Source: an uncultured Trueperaceae bacterium (GTDB lineage Bacteria; Deinococcota; Deinococci; Deinococcales; Trueperaceae). From it: a stretch of 64,000 nucleotides of DNA. The stretch is from the NCBI GenBank assembly GCA_963815215.1, contig CAWFFU010000004.1, positions 1 through 64,000 on the forward strand. Reading direction: 5' to 3'. Made by a program: the position numbers and the translations under genes. This document shows positions 42,775 to 51,624 of the stretch, in pieces (position 1 is the stretch's first letter; each line of letters starts with the position of its first letter). The notes under the pieces are model-generated. The model was given only the letters and a program-made list of their open reading frames with translations, did not search any database and was not told where the DNA came from.

Positions 42775-44562
42775 ATGAAGATGAGGTTGGCGATTCTCTC
42801 CGCGCTCTCCGCGGTATTGCTCGTCGCGCTGAGCGCGTGCCAGACGGCGAGCCTGGGCGGTGGCGGCGGTGGTGGTGGCACGCCTCCCCCCGGGTCTGCC
42901 AGCTGCGCGGCGCCGGCGGCCCTTCCGACCACGATCTCCTCTCCCATGACGTTGACCGCGGGGTGCTACGAGCCGACCGGCAGCGTCTCGGTCGATGCGG
43001 CACTGACCATCGACGCCGGCGTCACCATCCTGATGCCGGCGGGCTCGTACTTCGACATCGGCTACCCCAGCACTCCGGGTACGTTGAACGCCCAGGGCAC
43101 CGCCGCCAGCCCGATCGTGTTCGAAGGCAACGTCAACAACGCTCCGGCGGGGTACTGGGTCGGCATCGAGATCTACTCCAAGTCCTACACGAGCACGCCC
43201 AACGCCCTGAACGATGTGACCGTACGGGACGGTGGCAGCTACTCGCAGGACTCCGGCGATGTCAGCCTGTACGGCGGTAGCGCCACCATCACCAACAGCA
43301 CCTTCCAGAACAGCAGCGCCTTCGGGATCTTCGCCGACGGCGCTTCGACGTTGCCCGGGTTCAGCGCCAACAAGATCAACGGCAACGCGCTGGGCGCGAT
43401 GGAGATCCCGGCGCAGGATATGTCGGATCTTGACGTGGCCACCTCCTACCTCGGGAACACGAGGGACATCGTGGCCGTGAGCGGCATCGTGGATCACGGG
43501 GCGACCACGACGGTGCACTGGCCCGGCATCGACGTGCCGTTCTACGCCACGGACTCGATCTCGCTCAACAGCCCCGTGGTCGTCGACGCCGGCTTCGTCA
43601 TGCAGGCGGACGCCGGGCAGGGGATCTACCTCGACGTCGGCTACACCGGCACGCCCGGGTCGTTGAACGCTCAGGGGACGGCCTCGAAGCCCGTGGTGTT
43701 CGAAGGCTCCAGCGGCTCGCCGGGCGACTGGGTCGGTATCGAGGTCTACACCAAGTCGACCACCGCCTCCCCGAACGTCTTGAACTACACCACCGTGGCG
43801 GACGGCGGCAGCTACTCGGTGGACTCCGGCAACGTCAGCCTGTACGGCGGGAGCGTCACCATCACCAACAGCACCTTCCAGCACAGCAGCGCTTTCGGGA
43901 TCTCCGCCGACGGCGCTTCGACGTTGCCCGGGTTCAGCGCCAACACGATCAACGGCAACGCGCTGGGCGCGATGGAGATCCCGGCGCAGGACATGTCGGA
44001 TCTGGACGTGGCCACCGCCTACAACGGCAACACCATCGACGTCGTCGACGTGGCCGGGACCGTGAATCACGGGTCGACCACGACGGTGCACTGGCCCGGC
44101 ATCGACGTGCCGTTCCATGCCACGGACGCGATCTCGCTCGACAGCCCCGTGGTCGTGGACGCCGGCTTCGTCATGCAGATGGACGCAGGTACCTACGTCG
44201 ACGTCGGCTACAACGGCACGGCGGGCAGGCTGAACGCCCAGGGCACGTCGACGGATCCCGTCGTGTTCCAAGGCTACGGAACCAGCCCCGGCCCCGGGTA
44301 CTGGGACGCCATCAACTTCTACACGCCATCGACCGGCGCGACTCCGAACATGTTGAATCACACCTTCGTCATGGACGGCGGAAGCAGTACCGGCGACGTC
44401 GTCGTCATGAACTCGGCCGGCGCCACCGTGACCAACAGCCAGATCGGCGACAGCAGTAGTGCCGGCATCTGCGTCGATCCCAGCCGTCAGAGCTTCTCGC
44501 AGTCGGGGAACACCTTCGTCTCGCCCTACTCGGTCCAGGTCGACACGAGCGGGAGCTGCTGA
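42775..44562 (+). CDS. Lipoprotein with ~2.5 copies of a 191-aa beta-helix-like repeat
   Basis: Lipobox LSAC, poly-Gly linker, 573-bp internal duplication (43228 vs 43801), LNAQGT..PVVF..G.W.GI motifs. Confidence 0.88.
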   Translation: MKMRLAILSALSAVLLVALSACQTASLGGGGGGGGTPPPGSASCAAPAALPTTISSPMTLTAGCYEPTGSVSVDAALTIDAGVTILMPAGSYFDIGYPSTPGTLNAQGTAASPIVFEGNVNNAPAGYWVGIEIYSKSYTSTPNALNDVTVRDGGSYSQDSGDVSLYGGSATITNSTFQNSSAFGIFADGASTLPGFSANKINGNALGAMEIPAQDMSDLDVATSYLGNTRDIVAVSGIVDHGATTTVHWPGIDVPFYATDSISLNSPVVVDAGFVMQADAGQGIYLDVGYTGTPGSLNAQGTASKPVVFEGSSGSPGDWVGIEVYTKSTTASPNVLNYTTVADGGSYSVDSGNVSLYGGSVTITNSTFQHSSAFGISADGASTLPGFSANTINGNALGAMEIPAQDMSDLDVATAYNGNTIDVVDVAGTVNHGSTTTVHWPGIDVPFHATDAISLDSPVVVDAGFVMQMDAGTYVDVGYNGTAGRLNAQGTSTDPVVFQGYGTSPGPGYWDAINFYTPSTGATPNMLNHTFVMDGGSSTGDVVVMNSAGATVTNSQIGDSSSAGICVDPSRQSFSQSGNTFVSPYSVQVDTSGSC

Positions 44563-44574
44563 ACGGTACGAGGT

Positions 44575-44607
44575 GGGTGGGTGCCGCATGCGCTGCGGCA
44601 CCCACCC
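44575..44607 (+). terminator. 14-bp-stem hairpin after the lipoprotein gene
   Basis: GGGTGGGTGCCGCA-TGCGC-TGCGGCACCCACCC. Confidence 0.55.
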
Positions 44608-44716
44608 CATGCGGGGCGCGAGATGCCGGGCCTCCGCGAGCGCGCGCGCCCGGCGGGCACCGACGCGTCTTCGTTCCCAACGTTCCGGGCCGCCCGCCGA
44701 GAGGAGGGCAGGACTT

Positions 44717-44899
44717 GTGGACAACACCATCCACCGCGCCTTCCTCCTGCGCATCTGGACGGAGCCGGAGCACAACGGCGAGACGCTGTTCCGCGCTGCC
44801 CTGGTCGACGTCGCTACCCGGGAGACCCGCTACTTCTCGGACGCCGTGGCGCTGGCCGATCACCTGCGGTCGCTAGGGGAGGCGCCGGAACAGGGCTGA
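44717..44899 (+). CDS. Small hypothetical protein (60 aa, FLLRIW...R..F motif)
   Basis: SD GAGGAGG then GTG; VDNTIHRAFLLRIWTEPEHNGETLFRAALVDVATRETRYFSDAVALADHL. Confidence 0.7.
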   Translation: MDNTIHRAFLLRIWTEPEHNGETLFRAALVDVATRETRYFSDAVALADHLRSLGEAPEQG

Positions 44900-44923
44900 C
44901 GTCGAGCGCGTGCGGCCCGGCCG

Positions 44924-45595
44924 TCAGGGAGCCGAGCGCGTCCGCGCCCCGAAGCGGCGCAGGAAGAACTGCATCAGCGGGCCGATGCCCAAGGCGTAGA
45001 GCACGGTGCCGAGCCCCACCTGCCCGCCCATCAGCCAGCCGCTCGCGAGCACCAGCAGCTCGAGCCCGGTGCGGGTCATGCGCACGCTGGAGGAGAGCAG
45101 CCGGGCGAGCCCCAGCACCAGCCCGTCGCGCGGCCCCGCGCCGAGCCGGGCGGAGATGTACAGCCCGGTGCCCATCCCCTGCAACACCAGGCCGGCCAGG
45201 AACACGGCGCTCCCCAGCAGGTAACTCGGGGCGAGCTGTGCGAGAGGCAAGGACTGGAACAGGTCGACCCAGGGGCCGACCAGGACCATGTTGAGGGCGG
45301 TGCCGAGGCCCGGACGGGTGCCGGTGAGCAGCCAGCTCAGCGCCACCACCACCAGGCCCACGCCCTGGATCACGCGGCCGATGCTCAAGCCGGTGACGAA
45401 GCTCAGGCCCTGGTGGAAGACCGTCCACGGGCCCAGCCCGATGCCGGCGTCCAGCATCAGGGCGATCCCCAGCCCCACCAGCAGCAGGCCTGCGTTGAGC
45501 TGGAGCAGGCGTCGCCAGAAGTCCCAGCTGGTGAGGGCCTCGTGCGCGGCCGCGCGGGCGGCGCTGGAGGCGGCCCGGAAGCCACTGCCGGCCAT
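44924..45595 (-). CDS. YczE/YyaS/YitT-family membrane protein
   Basis: GLGPWTVFHQG, GAGPRDGL, GGQVGLGT; leaderless TAGAGT-N7-ATG. Confidence 0.88.
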   Translation of the reverse strand: MAGSGFRAASSAARAAAHEALTSWDFWRRLLQLNAGLLLVGLGIALMLDAGIGLGPWTVFHQGLSFVTGLSIGRVIQGVGLVVVALSWLLTGTRPGLGTALNMVLVGPWVDLFQSLPLAQLAPSYLLGSAVFLAGLVLQGMGTGLYISARLGAGPRDGLVLGLARLLSSSVRMTRTGLELLVLASGWLMGGQVGLGTVLYALGIGPLMQFFLRRFGARTRSAP

Positions 45596-45644
45596 GACCG
45601 CGACTCTACCGCGCCCGCCCGCAGCGCGCTGGAAGCGAGCGTCC

Positions 45645-45710
45645 CGGTCGCTGGCAGGTCGCTGGCAGGTCGCGGGCCGGTCACGGGCCGGTCGCGGCAC
45701 GGTGGCTACG
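45645..45710. repeat. Degenerate 11-bp tandem array (about 6 copies, (C/A)GGTCGCTGGC)
   Basis: Seen directly upstream of the YczE-like promoter. Confidence 0.75.
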
Positions 45711-45776
45711 TACCGTCGCTCGGTGCCGGAGGCCGATTCGGCTCATGGGCTGATTCGGCTCAGGGGCCGACCGCCG

Positions 45777-47225
45777 TCAGCGCGTGCTCACCCACACCGA
45801 CTTCACCTCGGTGTACAGCTCGATCGCCTCCTCGCCCATCTCCCGTCCGAACCCCGACTCCTTGATGCCGCCGAAGGGCGAGGCGGCGTCGAAGACGTTG
45901 TAGGTGTTGATCCACAGCGTGCCGGTGCGCACCTCGGCCGCCACCCGGTGGGCGCGCGCCAGGTCGCGCGTGAAGATGCCGCCCGCCAGCCCGTAGCGCG
46001 AGTCGTTGGCGAGGTCGATGGCCTCCTCCTCGGTGTCGAAGGGGATGATGACGCCGACCGGCCCGAAGATCTCCTCCTGCACGATGGCCTGCCGAGTGTT
46101 CTCGGTAACGAACAGGGTGGGCTCGAGGAAGAAGCCGGGGTGGTGGGGCGCTCCGCCGGCGACCAGCGTGCTGCCGGCGGCTTCGCCCTGCCCGATGTAG
46201 CCGAGCACACGGGTGCGCTGCTCCTCGCTGATGAGCGGCCCCATGGTGGTGGCCTCATCGAGCCCAGGCCCCAGGCGAGCCGCGCGCGCTTGCGCGGCCA
46301 GCTTCTCCACCACCGTGTCGAACACGCCGCGCTGTATGAGCATGCGGCTACCGGCGGTGCAGAGCTGCCCCTGGTTGTAGAAGATGCCCAGACCCAGGCC
46401 GAACAGCGCGGTCTTCAGGTCGGCGTCGTCGAACACGATGTTGGCCGACTTGCCGCCGAGCTCCAGGGACACGCGCGCCAGGCGGGTGGCGGCCTCGGCC
46501 ATGATCTGCTTGCCCACGGCCGTGGAGCCGGTGAAGCTGATCTTGTCCACGTCCGGGTGCGCGACGAGCGCCTCGCCGGTGCGGCCGTCGCCTGTGACGA
46601 CGTTGACAACGCCCTTGGGGAAGCCGATCTCGTCGAGGATCTCGGCGAAGCGCAGTGCCGTCAACGGTGTCTGCTCGGCGGGTTTGAGCACCACCGTGCA
46701 GCCGGCGGCGAGGGCCGGCGCGAGCTTCCAGGAGGCGATGAGCAGGGGGAAGTTCCAGGGCACGATGGCGGCGACCACGCCCACCGGATCGCGAAGGGTG
46801 TAGTTGAGCACGCGGCGTGCCGACACCGGCACGGTGCGGCCGCCGATGGTGGGCGCCAGCCCGCCGAAATAGCGGAAGTGGTTGGCCGCCAGCGGGATGT
46901 CGCCGCGGCGCGACTCCTTCAGCGGCTTGCCGTTGTCGAGCGTCTCGATCTCGGCCAGCTCGTCGGCGTGCTCCTCGATGGCGTCGGCGATGCGGGTCAG
47001 CCAGCGGGAACGTTCCAGCGGCGCGAGCCGGCGCCAGGCGTCGAAGGCTCCGCGGGCCGCCCGCACGGCGGCATCGACCTCGGCGTGGCCCGAGAAGGGC
47101 ACGCTGGCCAGCAAGGCGCCGTTGGCGGGATCGACGGTGGGGAACGTCTCGTTGGCGTCAACGAAGGCGCCGCCGATGTAGAGCAGCTTGTCCCGTTGCA
47201 GGAAGGCTTCGGTGGTAGGGAGCAT
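45777..47225 (-). CDS. NAD-dependent aldehyde dehydrogenase
   Basis: PWNFP, KPAEQTP, FTGS, LELGGKS, NQGQLC, EEIFGP. Confidence 0.95.
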   Translation of the reverse strand: MLPTTEAFLQRDKLLYIGGAFVDANETFPTVDPANGALLASVPFSGHAEVDAAVRAARGAFDAWRRLAPLERSRWLTRIADAIEEHADELAEIETLDNGKPLKESRRGDIPLAANHFRYFGGLAPTIGGRTVPVSARRVLNYTLRDPVGVVAAIVPWNFPLLIASWKLAPALAAGCTVVLKPAEQTPLTALRFAEILDEIGFPKGVVNVVTGDGRTGEALVAHPDVDKISFTGSTAVGKQIMAEAATRLARVSLELGGKSANIVFDDADLKTALFGLGLGIFYNQGQLCTAGSRMLIQRGVFDTVVEKLAAQARAARLGPGLDEATTMGPLISEEQRTRVLGYIGQGEAAGSTLVAGGAPHHPGFFLEPTLFVTENTRQAIVQEEIFGPVGVIIPFDTEEEAIDLANDSRYGLAGGIFTRDLARAHRVAAEVRTGTLWINTYNVFDAASPFGGIKESGFGREMGEEAIELYTEVKSVWVSTR

Positions 47226-47277
47226 CGTCACCTCGTACTCTCTGGGTTCCGCCGCGCGCGGCGTGTGCCCCGGCGGC

Positions 47278-48015
47278 TCACGGGACGGGATCGGGCGGCG
47301 CGTCGAGCGCCTCGGCGAGCGTCTCGGCGAGCAACTCGAGCATGGGCGTGGGGTCACGCAGGTCGGGCGCCACGCGGTCGGCGCCGGCGTCGGCGAGCGC
47401 TTCGGTGCTCCAGCGGCCGGTCGCGACGCCCAACACCCGCACGCCGTGGGCCCGGCCCGCCGCGACGTCGCGCGGTGTGTCCCCGACCAGCAGCAGCCGC
47501 AACGCGCCGCCTCCGGCGCGCTCCCGGAAACGCTCACGGGCCAGCACTACCAGGTCGGCACGCTCGGGAGCCTCGTCGCCACACGCGCGCACCGCGAACG
47601 GATCGGGCTCGCCGGGGCGCACCAGGCCGGTGGCCTCCAGCTTGAGGGCGGCGACCTCACGGTAGTTGCCCGTCAGCACCCCCAGCGCCACGTCGTCGCG
47701 GCCGCCGAGTCGCTCGAGCAGCCTCCGTGCGCCGGGGAGCGCCCGCAGGCTGTGCACCTCGCGGCGCATGGCGGCGAGGTAGCGCAGGTGGAACTCCGCG
47801 GCGCGGTCCCGCAGGTCGAGGTGGGGCTGGCGGTCCGCCAGCTCGGCGAAGATGGCGGGGTCCAGTTTGCCGGACGGGTCGAGGCCGTCGACCGAGAAGG
47901 CGTTGCCGTAGAGGCTCGTGCCGGCGGACTCCAGGGCACGACGCCCGGCCCCGCCGGCGGTCACCAGCGTGCCGTCGATGTCGAACAGCACCAGTACGGT
48001 CGTGGCGGTGCCCAC
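47278..48015 (-). CDS. HAD-family hydrolase
   Basis: FDIDGTL, LTGN, VGDTPRD. Confidence 0.9.
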   Translation of the reverse strand: MGTATTVLVLFDIDGTLVTAGGAGRRALESAGTSLYGNAFSVDGLDPSGKLDPAIFAELADRQPHLDLRDRAAEFHLRYLAAMRREVHSLRALPGARRLLERLGGRDDVALGVLTGNYREVAALKLEATGLVRPGEPDPFAVRACGDEAPERADLVVLARERFRERAGGGALRLLLVGDTPRDVAAGRAHGVRVLGVATGRWSTEALADAGADRVAPDLRDPTPMLELLAETLAEALDAPPDPVP

Positions 48016-48021
48016 CCGCGA

Positions 48022-48501
48022 TCAGCGCCCCGGCCGCCGCGGCTCGCGCTCGTCCGGGAAGGCCCGCCCGTCCGCCAGGGCTGCCTGCCAGCGTTCGCGC
48101 AGACCGTCGAAGCTGCGCTCCAACGTCGCGCGCGACAACACCACCTGGGTGGTCGAGCCCTCGCCGACGGTGTCGCCGAGCTCGTTGACCGCGCGTACCT
48201 CGGCGTGGACGCGGTTCCCTTCCCGGTGCGTGAAGCGCGCCGAGAGGCGCACCTTCATGCCGGGGAGCGCCGGCGCCAGGTGGCGGAGGCTCACCTCGTG
48301 ACCGATGCCCTCCTCGCCCGCCTCCAGGAAGGGGAGGAGGATCATGCGGCTCACCAGCTCGGCGTGTTTCGTCAGCCAGTAGGTGGCGTAGACGGGGTGG
48401 AGCCGGCCGAGGCGCGGATCGTCCTGCTCGAAGTCGACGGTCATGGCTTCGGTCACGGTGATCTCGAAGGTGGACCGGTAGTCGTCTGGGATGGGTCTCA
48501 T
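48022..48501 (-). CDS. Hotdog-fold thioesterase (FlK-like)
   Basis: HPVYAT, EEGIG, HLAPALPG. Confidence 0.85.
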   Translation of the reverse strand: MRPIPDDYRSTFEITVTEAMTVDFEQDDPRLGRLHPVYATYWLTKHAELVSRMILLPFLEAGEEGIGHEVSLRHLAPALPGMKVRLSARFTHREGNRVHAEVRAVNELGDTVGEGSTTQVVLSRATLERSFDGLRERWQAALADGRAFPDEREPRRPGR

Positions 48502-48782
48502 CGTGTCACGGGCTCCGCTCGTCGACGACCTGGAGGCGGCAGCCGACCCGGAGCGAACGCCGGGCGTCGCCGCGCCCCATCGCCGCCCGGCGCCGGCGCC
48601 ACCGCGCGGGCCGGGGCGGCGGGCCGCCCCCCGCCCCGGGCGCCGGATCGCGTTGGTAGCGCGTCGCTCACGGGTGCCTCCACGGGAATGCGAATGGACG
48701 TTCGGGCACACTATAGCCCAGCTCCGTCCGCGTGCGTCTCTGGCGCGCGGCGCCGGCCGCTGGGGCGTGTGCCTCCCGACAC

Positions 48783-48811
48783 TTGACCCCCCGCAGGGCG
48801 CTGCCTACACT
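48783..48811 (+). promoter_or_regulatory. sigma70 promoter
   Basis: TTGACC-N17-TACACT. Confidence 0.75.
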
Positions 48812-48819
48812 CGGGAAAC

Positions 48820-48888
48820 ATGCGACCTGCATCGTCCCGGCTCGCCCGTTCCGGATGCTCGTCTGTGGGTGAGGAGAGGACGCCATGA
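48820..48888 (+). CDS. Putative leaderless 22-aa leader peptide coupled to the flavin reductase
   Basis: ATG lies 8 nt after the -10; MRPASSRLARSGCSSVGEERTP; TGA overlaps ATG 48885. Confidence 0.5.
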   Translation: MRPASSRLARSGCSSVGEERTP

Positions 48889-49364
48889 TCGACCCCCGAG
48901 AGTTCCGACGCACGTTGGGCCGTTTCGCCACCGGCATCACGGTGGTCAGCATGCGCTCAGGCGGGCGAACGTATGGGATCACCGTGAACGCCTTCATGTC
49001 GGTATCGCTGACGCCACCCTTGATCGCCGTGTGCATCGACAAGCAGGCGCGAGCCCACGCCACCCTCGAGGCGAGCGAACGCTTCGGGGTCAGCATCCTG
49101 CGCGCGGAGCAGGAGGGGCTGTCGGACCACTTCGCGGGCCGTCCCGGCCCCGCCGTGGCCGATCCGTTCGAGCAGCTCGACGGCTTCCCGGTCGTGCGCA
49201 ACGCGCTCGGGCAGCTGGTGTGCCGTACCCACGATATCGCCGACGCGGGCGACCACAGTTTCTTCCTGGGCGAGGTCGAGGCGCTGAAGGCGTCCTCGGG
49301 ACGCCCGCTGCTGTACTTCGAGAGCCACTACGCGCGCATGAACGACATGGAGCTGAGCGAGTAG
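48885..49364 (+). CDS. Flavin reductase family protein
   Basis: FRRTLGRFATG, SVSLTPP, AGDH, PLLYF. Confidence 0.93.
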   Translation: MIDPREFRRTLGRFATGITVVSMRSGGRTYGITVNAFMSVSLTPPLIAVCIDKQARAHATLEASERFGVSILRAEQEGLSDHFAGRPGPAVADPFEQLDGFPVVRNALGQLVCRTHDIADAGDHSFFLGEVEALKASSGRPLLYFESHYARMNDMELSE

Positions 49365-49493
49365 CGTAGGCGTCGCGTCCGCCGCGCGGCGGACGTTACG
49401 GAGAACGCCTGGCGCGGGGCCGTAGACTGGGGTCGAGCCCCTCGTGGCCGGGGCGACGCCGCGGCCACGGTACGGGCGACCTTGGGAGGTGCC

Positions 49494-50857
49494 GTGGTCC
49501 AAGCCTCGGCGCCGCGTCGGCGCGCTCGTCGGCGACGGTGGTTCTGGATATCGATCGCCCTGCTGGCGCTGGCGGCGGTGGCTGCGTTGGTGCTGGTGCG
49601 TCCCGGTGGTCCGACGCCGCAGCGGGTGTACCTGGAGGACGTCAAGCGCGAGGCGTTCTTGCGCGAGGTCAGCGGCACGGGTGTGATCGACCCGGCGCGG
49701 AGCAGGGTGCTGGTGTTCCCGGGCAGCGGCACCGTCGCCGCAGTGATGGTGGTCGAAGGTCAGCGGGTGGAAGCCGGCACCGCGCTGGCGCGCCTCGACA
49801 CGCGCGCGCTCGAGCGGGACCTCGCCAGCAGCCGGGCCAACCTCGCTTCGGCCCGCGCGGACCTGGAGCGCGTCCGGGCGCAGCAGACCATCGATCGACT
49901 AGATGCCCAGGCGGCCGTGACGGTCGCCGAGAATCAGCTGGCCACGACGCGCCAGACGCTGGTCGACGCGCGCACCCGGCTCGCCTCCAGCGAGCGGTTG
50001 TTCGCGGCGGGCGGGGCCTCGCTGACCGAGCGCGACGGCGCGCGCAGCGCGCTCGATCAGGCCGTGCGGCAGGAGAACCAGGCAGCCCAGGCGCTCGAGA
50101 CCGCGCAGGTCCGGCTGAAGGGATACGACGCGCTGGCGCAGGCGCAGCGCACGAGTGGCGAGGCCACCGTCCAGCGCCTCGAGACCGCCCTCGCCAACGG
50201 CGAGCAGCAGCTCGCCGATGCCACCCTGCGGGCGCCCTTCGCGGGAGTGGTGTCCTCGCTGCCCTTCAAAGTGGGCGACCCCGTCGGCGTCGCCGCGCAG
50301 CAGGGCATCTCGCTCGTCGATGACAGCAGCGTCACCGTGCTCGCCGACTTCGATGAGAACCGGGCGGTCGACCTGGCGGTGGGCCAATCGGTCACCGTCA
50401 CCCCGGACGCAGCGCCCGACCTCGAGCTGCCGGCCGTCGTCACGCGGGTCGATCCGGTGGCGGCGCGCGGCGGCGCCGGCGCGCAACTGCGTGCCGAGAT
50501 CGCGTTCGCGCCCGCTGAGGGAGCGCCGATCCCGCGCGCGGCAGTGCGCCCCGGCTACACCGTGACCGCGCGCGTGGTGGTCCACCGCATCCCCGAGGCG
50601 CTGGTGATCCCGCTCGAAGCCATCGACAGCGCGGACGGCGCCAGCTTCGTGTTCCGGGTCCGCGCCACCGGCGAGCAGCGGGGGCAGACGCGCGGCGTGG
50701 CGCAGCGCGTGCCGGTCGAGGTGCTGGATCGCAACGCCACGCTGGCGGCGGTGTCCTCCGACGCGCTGAGCGCCGGCGACCGCGTCGCGGCCACCAACAT
50801 CGACAAGCTCGCCGACGGCGACCCGGTCAGCTTCGAGGCCGGGGGGGCGGGGGATGA
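49494..50857 (+). CDS. Efflux periplasmic adaptor (MacA/HlyD-like); 3' end probably frameshifted
   Basis: TM anchor, V.EGQRV.AG..LARLD, coiled coil, LRAPFAGVV. As written it reads to 51122; one extra G near 50841-53 would stop it at 50857. Confidence 0.85.
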
Positions 50858-51615
50858 CGCAGCCTCTCGCCGGCGCCCCCGCCCAGGCGCGCGGGCCGGT
50901 CATCGAGGCGCGGGACTTGCACAAGGTCTACACCATGGATGGCGGACTCGAGGTCCGCGCGCTGCGCGGTCTCGACCTGGCGGTCGAGCGGGGCGAGTTC
51001 ATCGCCATCATGGGCCCTTCGGGCAGCGGCAAGTCGACGCTGCTGCAGATCCTGGGCTGCCTCGACGCGCCCACCTCCGGCAGCTACAGACTGGCGGGCG
51101 TGGAGGTGGCGCGCATGAGTGAGGACGAGCTGGCGGCGGTCCGCAACCGCCGCATCGGATTCATCTTCCAGGCGTTCAACCTGCTGCCGCGGGCGACGGC
51201 GCTGCGCAACGTGGCGTTGCCGTTGATGTACCGGGGCGTGCGGCCCCACGAGCGCATCGAGCGCGCTGCGGCGGCGTTGGAGCGCATCGGCCTCGGCGAC
51301 CGGCTCGAACATCGCTCCAACGAGCTCTCCGGAGGACAGCGCCAGCGCGTGGCCATCGCCCGGGCGCTGGTCACCGAGCCCGACATCCTGCTGGCCGACG
51401 AACCTACCGGCAACCTCGACAGCCGCACCGGCGAGGAGATCCTGGCGCTGTTCGACGCCATCCACGGTGAGGGGCGCACCGTGCTCATGGTCACCCACGA
51501 GGCCGAAGTGGCGCAGCACACCGAGCGGATCGTCCATATCCGCGACGGGGTGGTCGAGTCCAACGAGCGTGTGGCGCCGCGGGCGGTGCCCTCCGACCCG
51601 GCCGCGGCGAGCTAG
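50854..51615 (+). CDS. MacB/LolD-type ABC ATP-binding protein
   Basis: GPSGSGKS, FQAFNLL, LSGGQRQR, ADEPTGNLD. Confidence 0.95.
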   Translation: MTQPLAGAPAQARGPVIEARDLHKVYTMDGGLEVRALRGLDLAVERGEFIAIMGPSGSGKSTLLQILGCLDAPTSGSYRLAGVEVARMSEDELAAVRNRRIGFIFQAFNLLPRATALRNVALPLMYRGVRPHERIERAAAALERIGLGDRLEHRSNELSGGQRQRVAIARALVTEPDILLADEPTGNLDSRTGEEILALFDAIHGEGRTVLMVTHEAEVAQHTERIVHIRDGVVESNERVAPRAVPSDPAAAS

Positions 51616-51624
51616 GGGGCGGCG

